NCBI GenBank assembly: GCA_048882385.1
Contig: JBHLRQ010000031.1
Location: 1-31,034, forward strand
DNA from: Candidatus Thorarchaeota archaeon
GTDB lineage: Archaea; Asgardarchaeota; Thorarchaeia; Thorarchaeales; Thorarchaeaceae
Length of the DNA: 31,034 nucleotides
Direction of reading: 5' to 3'
In this document: in pieces, positions 1-8,628 of the stretch
Numbering within the stretch: the first letter of the stretch is position 1
Layout of the letters: every line of letters begins with the position of its first letter
The notes under the pieces: model-generated
What the model saw: the letters and a program-made list of their open reading frames with translations, nothing else
The model's database searches: none
What the model was told of the DNA's origin: nothing
Program-made: the position numbers and the translations under genes

Positions 1-182
1 AATCCCATTTGCCAAGGAGATTCGATATATTGCCAAACTACTGCTTCAATTGAATTAGGACCAGGTCCTAAATCAAAATGATATGCAAAGGGAACAAAGA
101 GTATAGCAAGAAGAATTACGATAGTAACAAAAAGAATTCCAAAATTGGAAAGCTTTAAGGATCGACCAATTTCTGTACTCAT
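1..182 (-). CDS. Partial membrane protein, runs off the window start
   Basis: Manual translation from ATG at 182 (in-frame alternative ATG at 191): MSTEIGRSLKLSNFGILFVTIVILLAILFVPFAYHFDLGPGPNSIEAVVWQYIESPWQMG..., open to base 1, with a clear TM helix. Not in the ORF track. Confidence 0.65.
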   Translation of the reverse strand, partial: MSTEIGRSLKLSNFGILFVTIVILLAILFVPFAYHFDLGPGPNSIEAVVWQYIESPWQMG

Positions 183-242
183 GAGTAACATCTCTAAGAA
201 AATATGACCAGTTATCTTGGTTATAATTAACTGTGCTCAACG

Positions 243-274
243 CAACTTTTCCAAGTTGGGAAAATCTCCCAGCT
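243..274 (-). terminator. Possible hairpin terminator after the PPase gene
   Basis: Overlapping inverted repeats CAACTT-ttcc-AAGTTG and AGTTGGGA-aaatc-TCCCAGCT just downstream of the stop at 280. Confidence 0.3.
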
Positions 275-279
275 ATCCT

Positions 280-2406
280 CTAGAACAGCGCAATAATCCA
301 TAGATGCAACTGAACAATGATGGGTAGGAATAGAGTTGCTGTCAGTGAGATGACAACAAGCAATGTGTTGATAGAAGGACCTGCAGTGTCTTTGAATGGG
401 TCGCCCACCATATCTCCACGTACCGAATTGCGATGTATCTGTTCATATCGTGGGTGATTATGGTCGTACTCGGGGGACTCAATCATCTTCTTTGTGTTAT
501 CCCACGCTCCACCAGAGTTACTCATTAAGAGAGCCATGATGAAGCCCACCATCACAGCGCCTCCAAGGTAGCCACCAAGGGCTTCAAGTCCAAGCAGTGC
601 GCCTGTAAGTATGGTAGTACCTATTGCGAGTAAAGTCGACGGCATTAGTTCACGAATAGCACCTGATGTGGCTATACCTATGCATTTGTCATAGTCAGGT
701 TTTGAGGTTCCTGCTAGGATTCCAGGATCAGAATCGAATTGTCTTCGAATTTCTTTAATCATCCGACCTGCATTGCGATCCACTCCAAGAATTAGCATGG
801 CTGTGAATGTCACAGGCACCAGTGCTCCAATGAAGACACCAGCGAGAATGAAAGGATTCGATAGGTTCACAATGACCTCTGTTCCCAGAAGAACTTCTGC
901 AGATTCTATGTAGGCTGCGAAGAGCGCCAAGACAGATATTGCAGCTGAACCGATGGCAAATCCCTTTGTGATTGCCTTTGCTGTATTTCCAGCAGCGTCA
1001 AGCTTGTCGCATGCGACTATTGCTTCATGCGGCGCGTCAGCTTGCTCAATAACTCCTCTCGCATTGTCTACAATAGGGCCATAACTATCAGAACTCATTG
1101 TAAGCCCATTTGTTGCCAGAAGACCTACAGCTGCAATTGCAACAGTATAGATACCTCCTGCCCAACCTCCAAGTCCTGCAGAAGTTGCAGTTGATCCGAG
1201 AACAAAGGAAGCGACAAGCGCTGCAACTACACCAAGAACAGACGGTACAGCACTTAGTAAACCGTATGAGTATCCAGAAAGAATCAAGTTTGCTGTACTC
1301 TTTTCGGCATTGTCTACCATATTTTGTACTGGTTTGAAACCGAATAGTCCCTTATCATTTGTAAAGACATCTGAGGTGAAACCGATGAAAACTCCAGCCA
1401 ATAGTCCAAAAATGGCGGACCAGGCCACAACAAGGTCTACGTTAATAACTAGAAGTACAATTACGACGAGGATTCCAAATAATAGCGTCGTGATGTATGT
1501 CCCTCTATTGAGAGCTGTGCCAGGATCATCGTTCTCATTAGGTTGAACCAAGAAAGCTCCAAAAACAGAGGCGAGTGTGCCCAATCCTGCTATTAAGAGT
1601 GGGAGGAGTCCATATACAATAGGAGGAGAGAATAGTGCATCGATAGCTGCACCAAGCAGGGCTGCTGCAAGAATTGCTGCAACATTGCTATCAAAGATAT
1701 CTGCTCCAGTTCCTGCAACGTCGCCAACATTATCACCTACTGCGTCTGCAACTGCTGCTGGATTTCGGGGATCATCTTCAGGGATGTTTTGCTCTATTTT
1801 GCCAACAATATCAGCAGCCATATCCGCTGTCTTTGTAAAAATACCACCACCGGCTTTTGCAAATAATGCTACAGTACTGGCTCCAAAGGAGAAACCGGTC
1901 ATTATCTCCCATAAAAGAGGAGATTCAAGGAGTGGAAATATGATGTCCCAAAGCCAGTATAAAGCTGAAAGACCTACAAGAGCAATTCCAGCAATCATGA
2001 GACCCATGACTGACCCAGCCCTAAAAGCAACTGTGAAGGCAGGATTGAGACCTCCTTTTGCGGCGGCTGCTGCGGTTCGACGATTTGCCCGAGTTGCGAC
2101 AGCTAGACCGATAAAACCAGCAATCATACTTGAGAAAGACCCTATAACATAAGAGATCGCGATTGGGATTCCCAATGAACCAAACACAAGTGCAATGACG
2201 ACAGCTAGTAGAAGTGTAAAGATTGTGAGGATTTTGTATTGTATCTGAATGAATGAATTTGCACCTTCTTGAATCAGATGGCTGACCTCTCGCATACGGT
2301 CGTCACCTTCGTCAGCCTGCATCACCTTTCTATATGTAAACAGAGCAACGAAGATAGCAAGAAGGCCTGATAGGAGCCCAGTAGATAGAAAGAGTAGTTC
2401 AGACAT
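280..2406 (-). CDS. hppA: Membrane-bound cation-translocating pyrophosphatase, K+-independent signature, divergent gate
   Basis: Motifs GGGIFTKTADMAADIVGKIEQNIPEDDPRNP, GDNVGD, DSYGPIVDNA, GNTAKAITKGFAIG, GGAWDNTKK and GDPFKDTAGPS, plus many TM segments. Confidence 0.95.
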   Translation of the reverse strand: MSELLFLSTGLLSGLLAIFVALFTYRKVMQADEGDDRMREVSHLIQEGANSFIQIQYKILTIFTLLLAVVIALVFGSLGIPIAISYVIGSFSSMIAGFIGLAVATRANRRTAAAAAKGGLNPAFTVAFRAGSVMGLMIAGIALVGLSALYWLWDIIFPLLESPLLWEIMTGFSFGASTVALFAKAGGGIFTKTADMAADIVGKIEQNIPEDDPRNPAAVADAVGDNVGDVAGTGADIFDSNVAAILAAALLGAAIDALFSPPIVYGLLPLLIAGLGTLASVFGAFLVQPNENDDPGTALNRGTYITTLLFGILVVIVLLVINVDLVVAWSAIFGLLAGVFIGFTSDVFTNDKGLFGFKPVQNMVDNAEKSTANLILSGYSYGLLSAVPSVLGVVAALVASFVLGSTATSAGLGGWAGGIYTVAIAAVGLLATNGLTMSSDSYGPIVDNARGVIEQADAPHEAIVACDKLDAAGNTAKAITKGFAIGSAAISVLALFAAYIESAEVLLGTEVIVNLSNPFILAGVFIGALVPVTFTAMLILGVDRNAGRMIKEIRRQFDSDPGILAGTSKPDYDKCIGIATSGAIRELMPSTLLAIGTTILTGALLGLEALGGYLGGAVMVGFIMALLMSNSGGAWDNTKKMIESPEYDHNHPRYEQIHRNSVRGDMVGDPFKDTAGPSINTLLVVISLTATLFLPIIVQLHLWIIALF

Positions 2407-2530
2407 TATTGCTTCGATTTTGCGATTGAGAACGGTATTATAGAGGTTGTCATTTGTTCAGCTCTTCATCGAAGTTGATAGGTTTAATAGAATGCGAATA
2501 TAATAGGTATCTCTTGCGATGAATCTGAAA

Positions 2531-2538
2531 GGAGGTGA
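2531..2538 (+). promoter_or_regulatory. Shine-Dalgarno site for the GYD gene
   Basis: GGAGGTGA 7 nt upstream of the GTG at 2546. Confidence 0.7.
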
Positions 2539-2545
2539 AATATAG

Positions 2546-2836
2546 GTGAAATTTGTTGTACTAGGTAACCTTACTCAGCAGGGAATTAAGACAATCAAGG
2601 AGGCAGGGAAACGCCAACAACAGGCTGTTGAGATTATGAAATCGTTTGGATGCAATTTGATTAGTCTCTACTATACAATGGGAAAATTCGACTGGGTAGC
2701 AATTGTAGAAGGACCAGACATTGATTCTGCAATGAAGGCACTCTTCGTGTTTGGGATGGGAGGCACCAACCGTACAGAAACTCTTGTTGCAATAACAGGA
2801 GACGAAGCTGTAAAGTTGATTGGAGAACTACCTTGA
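2546..2836 (+). CDS. GYD domain-containing protein
   Basis: 96 aa with TQQGIKTIKE...YYTMGKFDWVAIVEGPD...RTETLVA, typical of the GYD family; strong RBS. Confidence 0.85.
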   Translation: MKFVVLGNLTQQGIKTIKEAGKRQQQAVEIMKSFGCNLISLYYTMGKFDWVAIVEGPDIDSAMKALFVFGMGGTNRTETLVAITGDEAVKLIGELP

Positions 2837-2979
2837 AGCCTGTTTTGTATTCGGAGAGATACTTAACTGAAATAATTCATAGTACCCAATATGTAGTTGA
2901 TAATAGAACTACTACTACAACATCATAAGCTGAACAGACGCACTCAGTTCCATTTGAGTTTCTAGTCACCCAGGAAATT

Positions 2980-3597
2980 TCAGACCCATTCAATCTGACT
3001 TCGGTATGTTTTCAATCCAATGGGTATCCTTGTCTGTGTCTTCAATGCTCCTTTGGCTTTGAGTTTCACATCAGGGTCCAAACCTAACTTCACCAAATTC
3101 GGACAGAGAAAGAGTGAAGACAAATCTATCAAATCAAATTGATTCTTCTCAAGCGTAAGATTTCTGAGTTTTTTGCAATTGCTTAAGATAGAGAGATCAA
3201 TGCTCTCAAGTTTATTCTCATAGAGGTGGATTGCTTTTAGGCTCTTACAGTTACGCAATGGAGTCAGGTCAATTGACTTGAGTCTGTTAAAGGATAAATC
3301 CAGATGTATGAGACCAGAACATCCCTCCAGAGGGGATAGATCTACATACTCGAGTATGTTTCCATTGAGGGAGAGTTCCAAAAGCTCTGAACGATTTTGA
3401 AGGATGGATAGATCGATACTGGGAATCTCATTCCCGGAAAGAAACAGTCCCTCCAAGGTTGGGAATTCATCTAATACCGAGAGATCAGTAGTTGCGATTC
3501 TTCTGTCTCTCAGATCAATAGTAGTTGTATTTGTGTCAAACCGCTCGACGACTTTTCCGCCTTTCTGGGTTTCACTCCAGATTGTAATCTCCACCAT
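2980..3597 (-). CDS. Leucine-rich repeat protein (about 6 repeats of 24 aa)
   Basis: Repeating LxxLxLxxNxLxxIDLSxLxxCxx units. Confidence 0.9.
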   Translation of the reverse strand: MVEITIWSETQKGGKVVERFDTNTTTIDLRDRRIATTDLSVLDEFPTLEGLFLSGNEIPSIDLSILQNRSELLELSLNGNILEYVDLSPLEGCSGLIHLDLSFNRLKSIDLTPLRNCKSLKAIHLYENKLESIDLSILSNCKKLRNLTLEKNQFDLIDLSSLFLCPNLVKLGLDPDVKLKAKGALKTQTRIPIGLKTYRSQIEWV

Positions 3598-3699
3598 TTA
3601 CCAAACATCCATTTTTTCTACAAGTACCCTCCACTTATAGTCTGGTATAGCTGAGCCCTACAAAAACTATGCTACTGAATGGTTTTTGTGAGGTAAATA

Positions 3700-4098
3700 T
3701 CAACTTTGTCTTCGTTTTCTGATGGCTCGCAGATCCTCAACGAATAACACACCAAAGAACAAGTCTACCGCAACAAACACGACAACTAAGATTGAGGCTT
3801 GACCCCAGAAAAACCATGCAATACCAGCGACGAAGACCCAACTCTTCTCAAATATGGCCATCTTGATAATTCCATGATTTTCCAATATATTTTGGCTGAC
3901 AAGGAAAGATCCAATCCCAAATATGAAAACTAACCCTAGAAATGAGTCAAACCAAAGTAGTGTATTAGGAATCACAAGACCAGTTGCTGTAAAGTACTCC
4001 TCGTCAATCCTAGGCAAAACAAAGAAAATGATTGCCAAAATCCAGTTCCACAGAGCGGCTGTCAGAAACATCAGTCGATGATATCGTTCTCGATTCAA
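3700..4098 (-). CDS. Small 4-TM membrane protein of unknown function
   Basis: Four hydrophobic segments, basic C-terminus; GGTGA 6 nt before the TTG start. Confidence 0.8.
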   Translation of the reverse strand: MNRERYHRLMFLTAALWNWILAIIFFVLPRIDEEYFTATGLVIPNTLLWFDSFLGLVFIFGIGSFLVSQNILENHGIIKMAIFEKSWVFVAGIAWFFWGQASILVVVFVAVDLFFGVLFVEDLRAIRKRRQS

Positions 4099-4190
4099 GA
4101 TTGCTCACCGAAGTTGTAGATGAATTTAACATGCCACCATATAACTCCGATTAATCGAAGCGTCTAAAGGGAAACGTCCTAGAACATGCA

Positions 4191-5015
4191 GTGATGATAT
4201 TTCTTCACGCAGTGACAGCAAAAGAGATTATTCAGGCGATTGAGAGCGGCTTTGAGCAACTAAACCTCACGCTTGATGTTGGAAGAACTAAAACAAGGAT
4301 TGACCTATCAAACCCGATTTGGAATATCGAACAACTTGAGAAAATAACAGAGGATTCAGACTCACTTTATTTTGTAAAAGAGAACCAGATTTTCAAAGCA
4401 GCTATCAGTGATGACCACTTCTACAAGCTATTTCCTACCGGACATGACTCTGCTCCTGCTTTACTCATTGATGGTATACTTATGCATCGTGTAAAAGATG
4501 TTAACCCTATTGAAGATGCAAGAATGAAAGCCGATCTGTGTGCTCGAAAAGGTATTGACATGCTGGATATCTGCACAGGTCTTGGATACTCTACTATTGC
4601 ATGCCTCAGGAGAGGAATCCGTAGTATCATTACAATAGAAAAGGATCGTCATGTGATTGAATTATCCAAGCTGAATCCATGGTCAAGGGAACTCCATAGT
4701 GACGACAGAGTTTCGATCCTTCATGGAGATGCTACAGAAATTATTGAGGGTTTTAAAACAAAAACATTCCATGCAGTTATGCATGATCCACCAAGGTTCT
4801 CCATGGGATCAGAGCTGTACACTTCTGAGTTCTACGCTCAGATATATCGAGTATTGAAATCAGGAGGAATATTGCATCATTATGTCGGTGCTCCAGGGAA
4901 GAAACATAGAAAGATGGACCTTCCAAAAGGCGTAATCCAAAGGCTTCGAAACGTAGGTTTTGAACAAGTCATGAGAAATGACGGCACACTGGGTGTTGTG
5001 GCAAAGAAACGCTGA
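4191..5015 (+). CDS. Class I SAM-dependent methyltransferase (COG2521-like archaeal family)
   Basis: MLDICTGLGYSTI SAM motif, ITIEKD, HDPPRFSMGSELYTSEFY. Confidence 0.85.
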   Translation: MMIFLHAVTAKEIIQAIESGFEQLNLTLDVGRTKTRIDLSNPIWNIEQLEKITEDSDSLYFVKENQIFKAAISDDHFYKLFPTGHDSAPALLIDGILMHRVKDVNPIEDARMKADLCARKGIDMLDICTGLGYSTIACLRRGIRSIITIEKDRHVIELSKLNPWSRELHSDDRVSILHGDATEIIEGFKTKTFHAVMHDPPRFSMGSELYTSEFYAQIYRVLKSGGILHHYVGAPGKKHRKMDLPKGVIQRLRNVGFEQVMRNDGTLGVVAKKR

Positions 5016-5036
5016 ACATCGATAGTGGAAGATAGC

Positions 5037-5060
5037 GGGAATGGTTAGGACCCCATTCCC
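5037..5060. terminator. Hairpin between convergent genes
   Basis: GGGAATGG-8nt-CCATTCCC perfect 8-bp stem between the stops at 5015 and 5085. Confidence 0.5.
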
Positions 5061-5084
5061 ACCTCTTCATTCAGAAAGTAGCAA

Positions 5085-6755
5085 CTAGCGATTTCGACCA
5101 AAATATACAACCAATGCAATGACTACTATTGCTACTCCAACACCAGCTCCAATAATCAGAAGATCAAATGGAGCCGAAGGAGCTCCTATGGACAGGGTAA
5201 ACTCGTAGTAGCCAGTGTAATTGTTACCGATGAATAGACTTACACTTGATTCACTAAGATCTGATGAAAGTATAACACTGGCTTGATCTGTCAGTGTCTG
5301 GTCTCCTCCAACAGCAATTAGTGAATCCAAAGTGGAGTTTTCAGAGTCCAATATGTAGATACTTTCTCTACTACCAAGTCTTGGACTCAGGCAGTTCATT
5401 TGAACGGACATAGAAACATTGTCACCCGTTGAAATCCCACCAGACACTCCAGAAATTGTGATATCGAGTCGTGGTGTCATTTCTAAGAGATATACAAAAG
5501 CACCCCGTAATTCATCCCAGAGGGTGTTGATATGATTCTCAGTTGGATCGAAGTATCCATAGATACCCTTCCATTCGCGGATGATGTGTGTGCTATTGTT
5601 CTCAATGATTACATGAGCTTCTTCTGTGTCAACTGATCCATTATGGTATACCTCAAATGTAATAGGCACTGCCGTGCCTTGTTCATAATACATCCATTCA
5701 TCCCAGCTACCACTCAGACCTGCTTCCTGTGACATTTCCGAAGAAGTGTAGCCAACGTAATCATTGAAGTGATCTGGCAGAATATCTTCAAGATCTGAAT
5801 ATATCTGATAGTAGAGAACATTTTCAGGCCAGTTTTCGCTTTCATCAGTGGGGAAGTAGGTTGCATTGATTCCCGAGTGTAGTGAGTATGCCATTGCAAA
5901 TCTGTGATTCAAAGTAAAGTCGCGGAATGCCTGTGTTTCAGGCTCTGAAAATGGTTCGGTTCCACAATAAATTTGGGTAATAGGATTCTGTAGGTCTGGG
6001 TCGTTGAGACCCCAGAATGTGGGATAGTTACGATTAAGGTCAACAAGTCCAACCTCATCTTCATTCACTAGACCATCACCATCATTATCAATTCCCTCCC
6101 AGTATTCCCAGTCGTAGTCGTTAATGTCAGGGACCTCTGTGGGATAATCTTTTTCGTAGACAAGGAAATTGGAAATCCATCCATCACCATCTACATCCTC
6201 AAGATCATCTTCAGAGAAGAAACCATCACCATCATTGTCAAACGGTCGTAGATTCTTCCTCAGCCAATGATTTCCTTGGTTGACGACTATTTCAAGTGCA
6301 TCAGGATTGAGGGTGGGGATGACGTATATTTCCTGAGTGTCAATATATTCCGTAATGGTGCTATCTAACCCATAGCTGTTGAGTAGAAGGAGAACGAATC
6401 GTAATGCCATTTCAACAGTAATCTGTTCACGCCCGTGATGTTGTGCAACCACTAGGGTCTTTGCTTTCTGAACTGTGTTCTGTTCATTTGTGATTCTTAT
6501 GCACGTCAGGTTTCTACCTTGGTAGCTCTGACCAATCACTTCAATGTCAACAAGCTCTGGCACTGAAGTGTGAATGTTTTCAATCTCTTCGTCAAGCTCC
6601 ACAGGGTCATGGAACTGGTTGTCGTAGAGAAGAGAGAGGGTGCTCCATGTTCTTGTTACAGAGGGCGTAGTGACCTTTTCAATGGTTGGAGCAGTATCTG
6701 GTGTTTCTGTGGCCATGACTTGTATTGGAGCCAGAACCATGGCTAGAATTAGCAT
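5085..6755 (-). CDS. Exported, C-terminally anchored M14 zinc carboxypeptidase (carboxypeptidase T-like)
   Basis: HHGRE (HxxE), WLRKN, DLNRNY, SEPET, LHSG, ITFEV; N-terminal hydrophobic signal and C-terminal TM ending GRNR. The true start may be at 6788 (see findings). Confidence 0.9.
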   Translation of the reverse strand: MLILAMVLAPIQVMATETPDTAPTIEKVTTPSVTRTWSTLSLLYDNQFHDPVELDEEIENIHTSVPELVDIEVIGQSYQGRNLTCIRITNEQNTVQKAKTLVVAQHHGREQITVEMALRFVLLLLNSYGLDSTITEYIDTQEIYVIPTLNPDALEIVVNQGNHWLRKNLRPFDNDGDGFFSEDDLEDVDGDGWISNFLVYEKDYPTEVPDINDYDWEYWEGIDNDGDGLVNEDEVGLVDLNRNYPTFWGLNDPDLQNPITQIYCGTEPFSEPETQAFRDFTLNHRFAMAYSLHSGINATYFPTDESENWPENVLYYQIYSDLEDILPDHFNDYVGYTSSEMSQEAGLSGSWDEWMYYEQGTAVPITFEVYHNGSVDTEEAHVIIENNSTHIIREWKGIYGYFDPTENHINTLWDELRGAFVYLLEMTPRLDITISGVSGGISTGDNVSMSVQMNCLSPRLGSRESIYILDSENSTLDSLIAVGGDQTLTDQASVILSSDLSESSVSLFIGNNYTGYYEFTLSIGAPSAPFDLLIIGAGVGVAIVVIALVVYFGRNR

Positions 6756-6969
6756 AATAAGTAGTATTCTGGTTTCAGAGTGTGTGATCTTGGTTCACCT
6801 CGTGTTTCCGTTCAAGCTTCACAGCACTCCTCCTGACTCCTCAGTGCTCTGAGGCCTATTATGTTAGGTAATATTGACTTTCAGCCCCTATATTAGGCGT
6901 TTAGATTCACGTAATGCCGCAGACTCAATGTGAAACAACGTACATAAGAGAAAGGATAGGCATTCTAGA

Positions 6970-7440
6970 TTGGCGACTAACATGAAGACTGCAATCATCG
7001 TCTACGAGAGTGTTTATGGAAACACAAGGAAGATAGCAGAGGCAATCAGCGAAGGTATCAACACAGTGGAAGGTGTTGAGTGTGTCATCAGGAAGACTGG
7101 AGAGATTCACACAGATGACCTCTGTGATTATGATTCAATTCTTTTTGGGTGTCCAAATCATAATCAAGGACCAGCTCTGAATCTAGTCCGCTTCATCGAG
7201 AGATCTGCAATCGTTCATTTGAAAGCGAAGATTGGTGCTGCTTTTGATACTTACACAGGTGGAAACAAAGACGTGGCTGTCACAAAACTGGAATCCATAA
7301 TTAAGGAGAAACTGCCCGGGATTGACCTAACCGGAAAACTATCTGCAAAGGTCACGGGAAGGAAAGGACCCTTAGTGGATGGTGAAGAAGACAGAGCTCA
7401 TGACTTTGGAATAGAATTTGGAAAGAAACTAGTGGAATAA
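6970..7440 (+). CDS. Flavodoxin-domain protein
   Basis: IVYESVYGNTRKIAEAI FMN P-loop, ILFGCP, GAAFDT. Confidence 0.9.
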   Translation: MATNMKTAIIVYESVYGNTRKIAEAISEGINTVEGVECVIRKTGEIHTDDLCDYDSILFGCPNHNQGPALNLVRFIERSAIVHLKAKIGAAFDTYTGGNKDVAVTKLESIIKEKLPGIDLTGKLSAKVTGRKGPLVDGEEDRAHDFGIEFGKKLVE

Positions 7441-7514
7441 CAACTATCGGCCAACAATTCATAAGCATCAATGTATAGGTGTTAATGTATATGCGAGGTT
7501 AGGAGATTGACCTT

Positions 7515-8135
7515 ATGCAGTGGAAGAAAATTCTATTCGCGATAATTGTAGGTATACTCTTGTATATTACCGATATGATGTACGGATGGATGTCATACTC
7601 ACTTGGTGGGATTTGGACTATATTCATGATTGTGTTTATTGTCGGAATCCTTGCAGGAGATATCTCAGGAGGATTCGTTGCAGGACTACTAACACTTCTG
7701 TTAGGTGTTGTAATATTGGCTTTGATTCCAGAGGTTTTGAGCCCAGGATATACTGTTACAGCATCAGACTTTCTTTCTCGGATGTGGCTCATTATGGCAT
7801 ATTCACTCTCGTATAGTGCTAGATTTCCAGATGCACCAGTTCCATGGTTTGAAACTTTAGTGATCATTATCCTGCTTATCGTACTTGCACCTCTCGTTTA
7901 CATGATTGCTCTTGTTTTCGGACCTATTGGTGGTTTGATTGGTAGGTTCGTCTATCCAAGAATCTTCAAACCAGAGGGAGCTCCGATGCGGGCTACTGCC
8001 CAAGTTCCTCAGCAAGCACCAGCACCAGCACCATCTGCACCAGAGCCACAAGTTGCAGAAGAGGAGTACGAGGAAGAAGCCATGGAGGAAGATTCTGAAG
8101 AAACGGAAGGTTGGGGACAAGAACCATCTGAGTAA
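7515..8135 (+). CDS. Membrane protein with a Pro/Ala linker and acidic C-terminal tail
   Basis: About 5 hydrophobic segments followed by APAPAPSAPEP and an E-rich tail; AGGAG RBS upstream. Confidence 0.8.
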   Translation: MQWKKILFAIIVGILLYITDMMYGWMSYSLGGIWTIFMIVFIVGILAGDISGGFVAGLLTLLLGVVILALIPEVLSPGYTVTASDFLSRMWLIMAYSLSYSARFPDAPVPWFETLVIIILLIVLAPLVYMIALVFGPIGGLIGRFVYPRIFKPEGAPMRATAQVPQQAPAPAPSAPEPQVAEEEYEEEAMEEDSEETEGWGQEPSE

Positions 8136-8188
8136 CTGACAAACAAAAGAAGCATAGGCAAAGGTCCACGCCACTTACAGTTATAACA

Positions 8189-8211
8189 TATTATACTATA
8201 TTAGTATAATA
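8189..8211. promoter_or_regulatory. Palindromic operator candidate
   Basis: TATTATACTA-TAT-TAGTATAATA, a perfect 10-3-10 inverted repeat upstream of the 8289 gene. Confidence 0.45.
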
Positions 8212-8288
8212 AGGGCTGCGCCAAGTCCTGTGAATCCTAGTTTCAAACACAGATGTAAGATGTCGTTTGAGTTCATGGGGATACCACT

Positions 8289-8621
8289 ATGAAAGCGGAG
8301 GCAATTCCTACGTCCAGCACAGAAATGAAGACACCATGTGGTAGATGTGGGTGTATTATTTTCTACAAGGGCGAACTCTGTATTTTCTGTGAAGCGGCAA
8401 CAGAGATGCTTGCTGATGCGCTGATGGGTTTTGGTGTGTCCAGTAGTGCAATATGTGAGATTGATGTAGATTCGGAGGAGGAATGTGGGTGCGGCACAGA
8501 TGACATCGCAATGCTTCCCACAATCAGAATCTGCGATATGAAACTGACAGGACTTCCTGACGAGCAATCAATGAACGATGCTGTCATGCGTGCAATAATG
8601 AGAGACTGTTTTTGTGAATAA
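8289..8621 (+). CDS. Cys-rich thioredoxin/glutaredoxin-fold protein
   Basis: IIFY...CIFC...EIDVD...LPTI...GLP pattern matches the Trx fold; 11 Cys in 110 aa. Confidence 0.7.
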   Translation: MKAEAIPTSSTEMKTPCGRCGCIIFYKGELCIFCEAATEMLADALMGFGVSSSAICEIDVDSEEECGCGTDDIAMLPTIRICDMKLTGLPDEQSMNDAVMRAIMRDCFCE

Positions 8622-8628
8622 GCGTTTC

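Noticed and set aside
1110-2152. Plus-strand ORFs of 75, 78 and 191 aa inside hppA
   Set aside because: Antisense shadows of a hydrophobic gene (Ala/Pro/Thr/Ile-rich). The same applies to the many nested ORFs within the ABC, OPT, DUF58, MoxR and other genes.
2837-2979. Short CTA run and a possible 30-codon minus-strand frame (VTRNSNG...YWVL)
   Set aside because: No convincing RBS or promoter; better explained as a terminator region between convergent genes.
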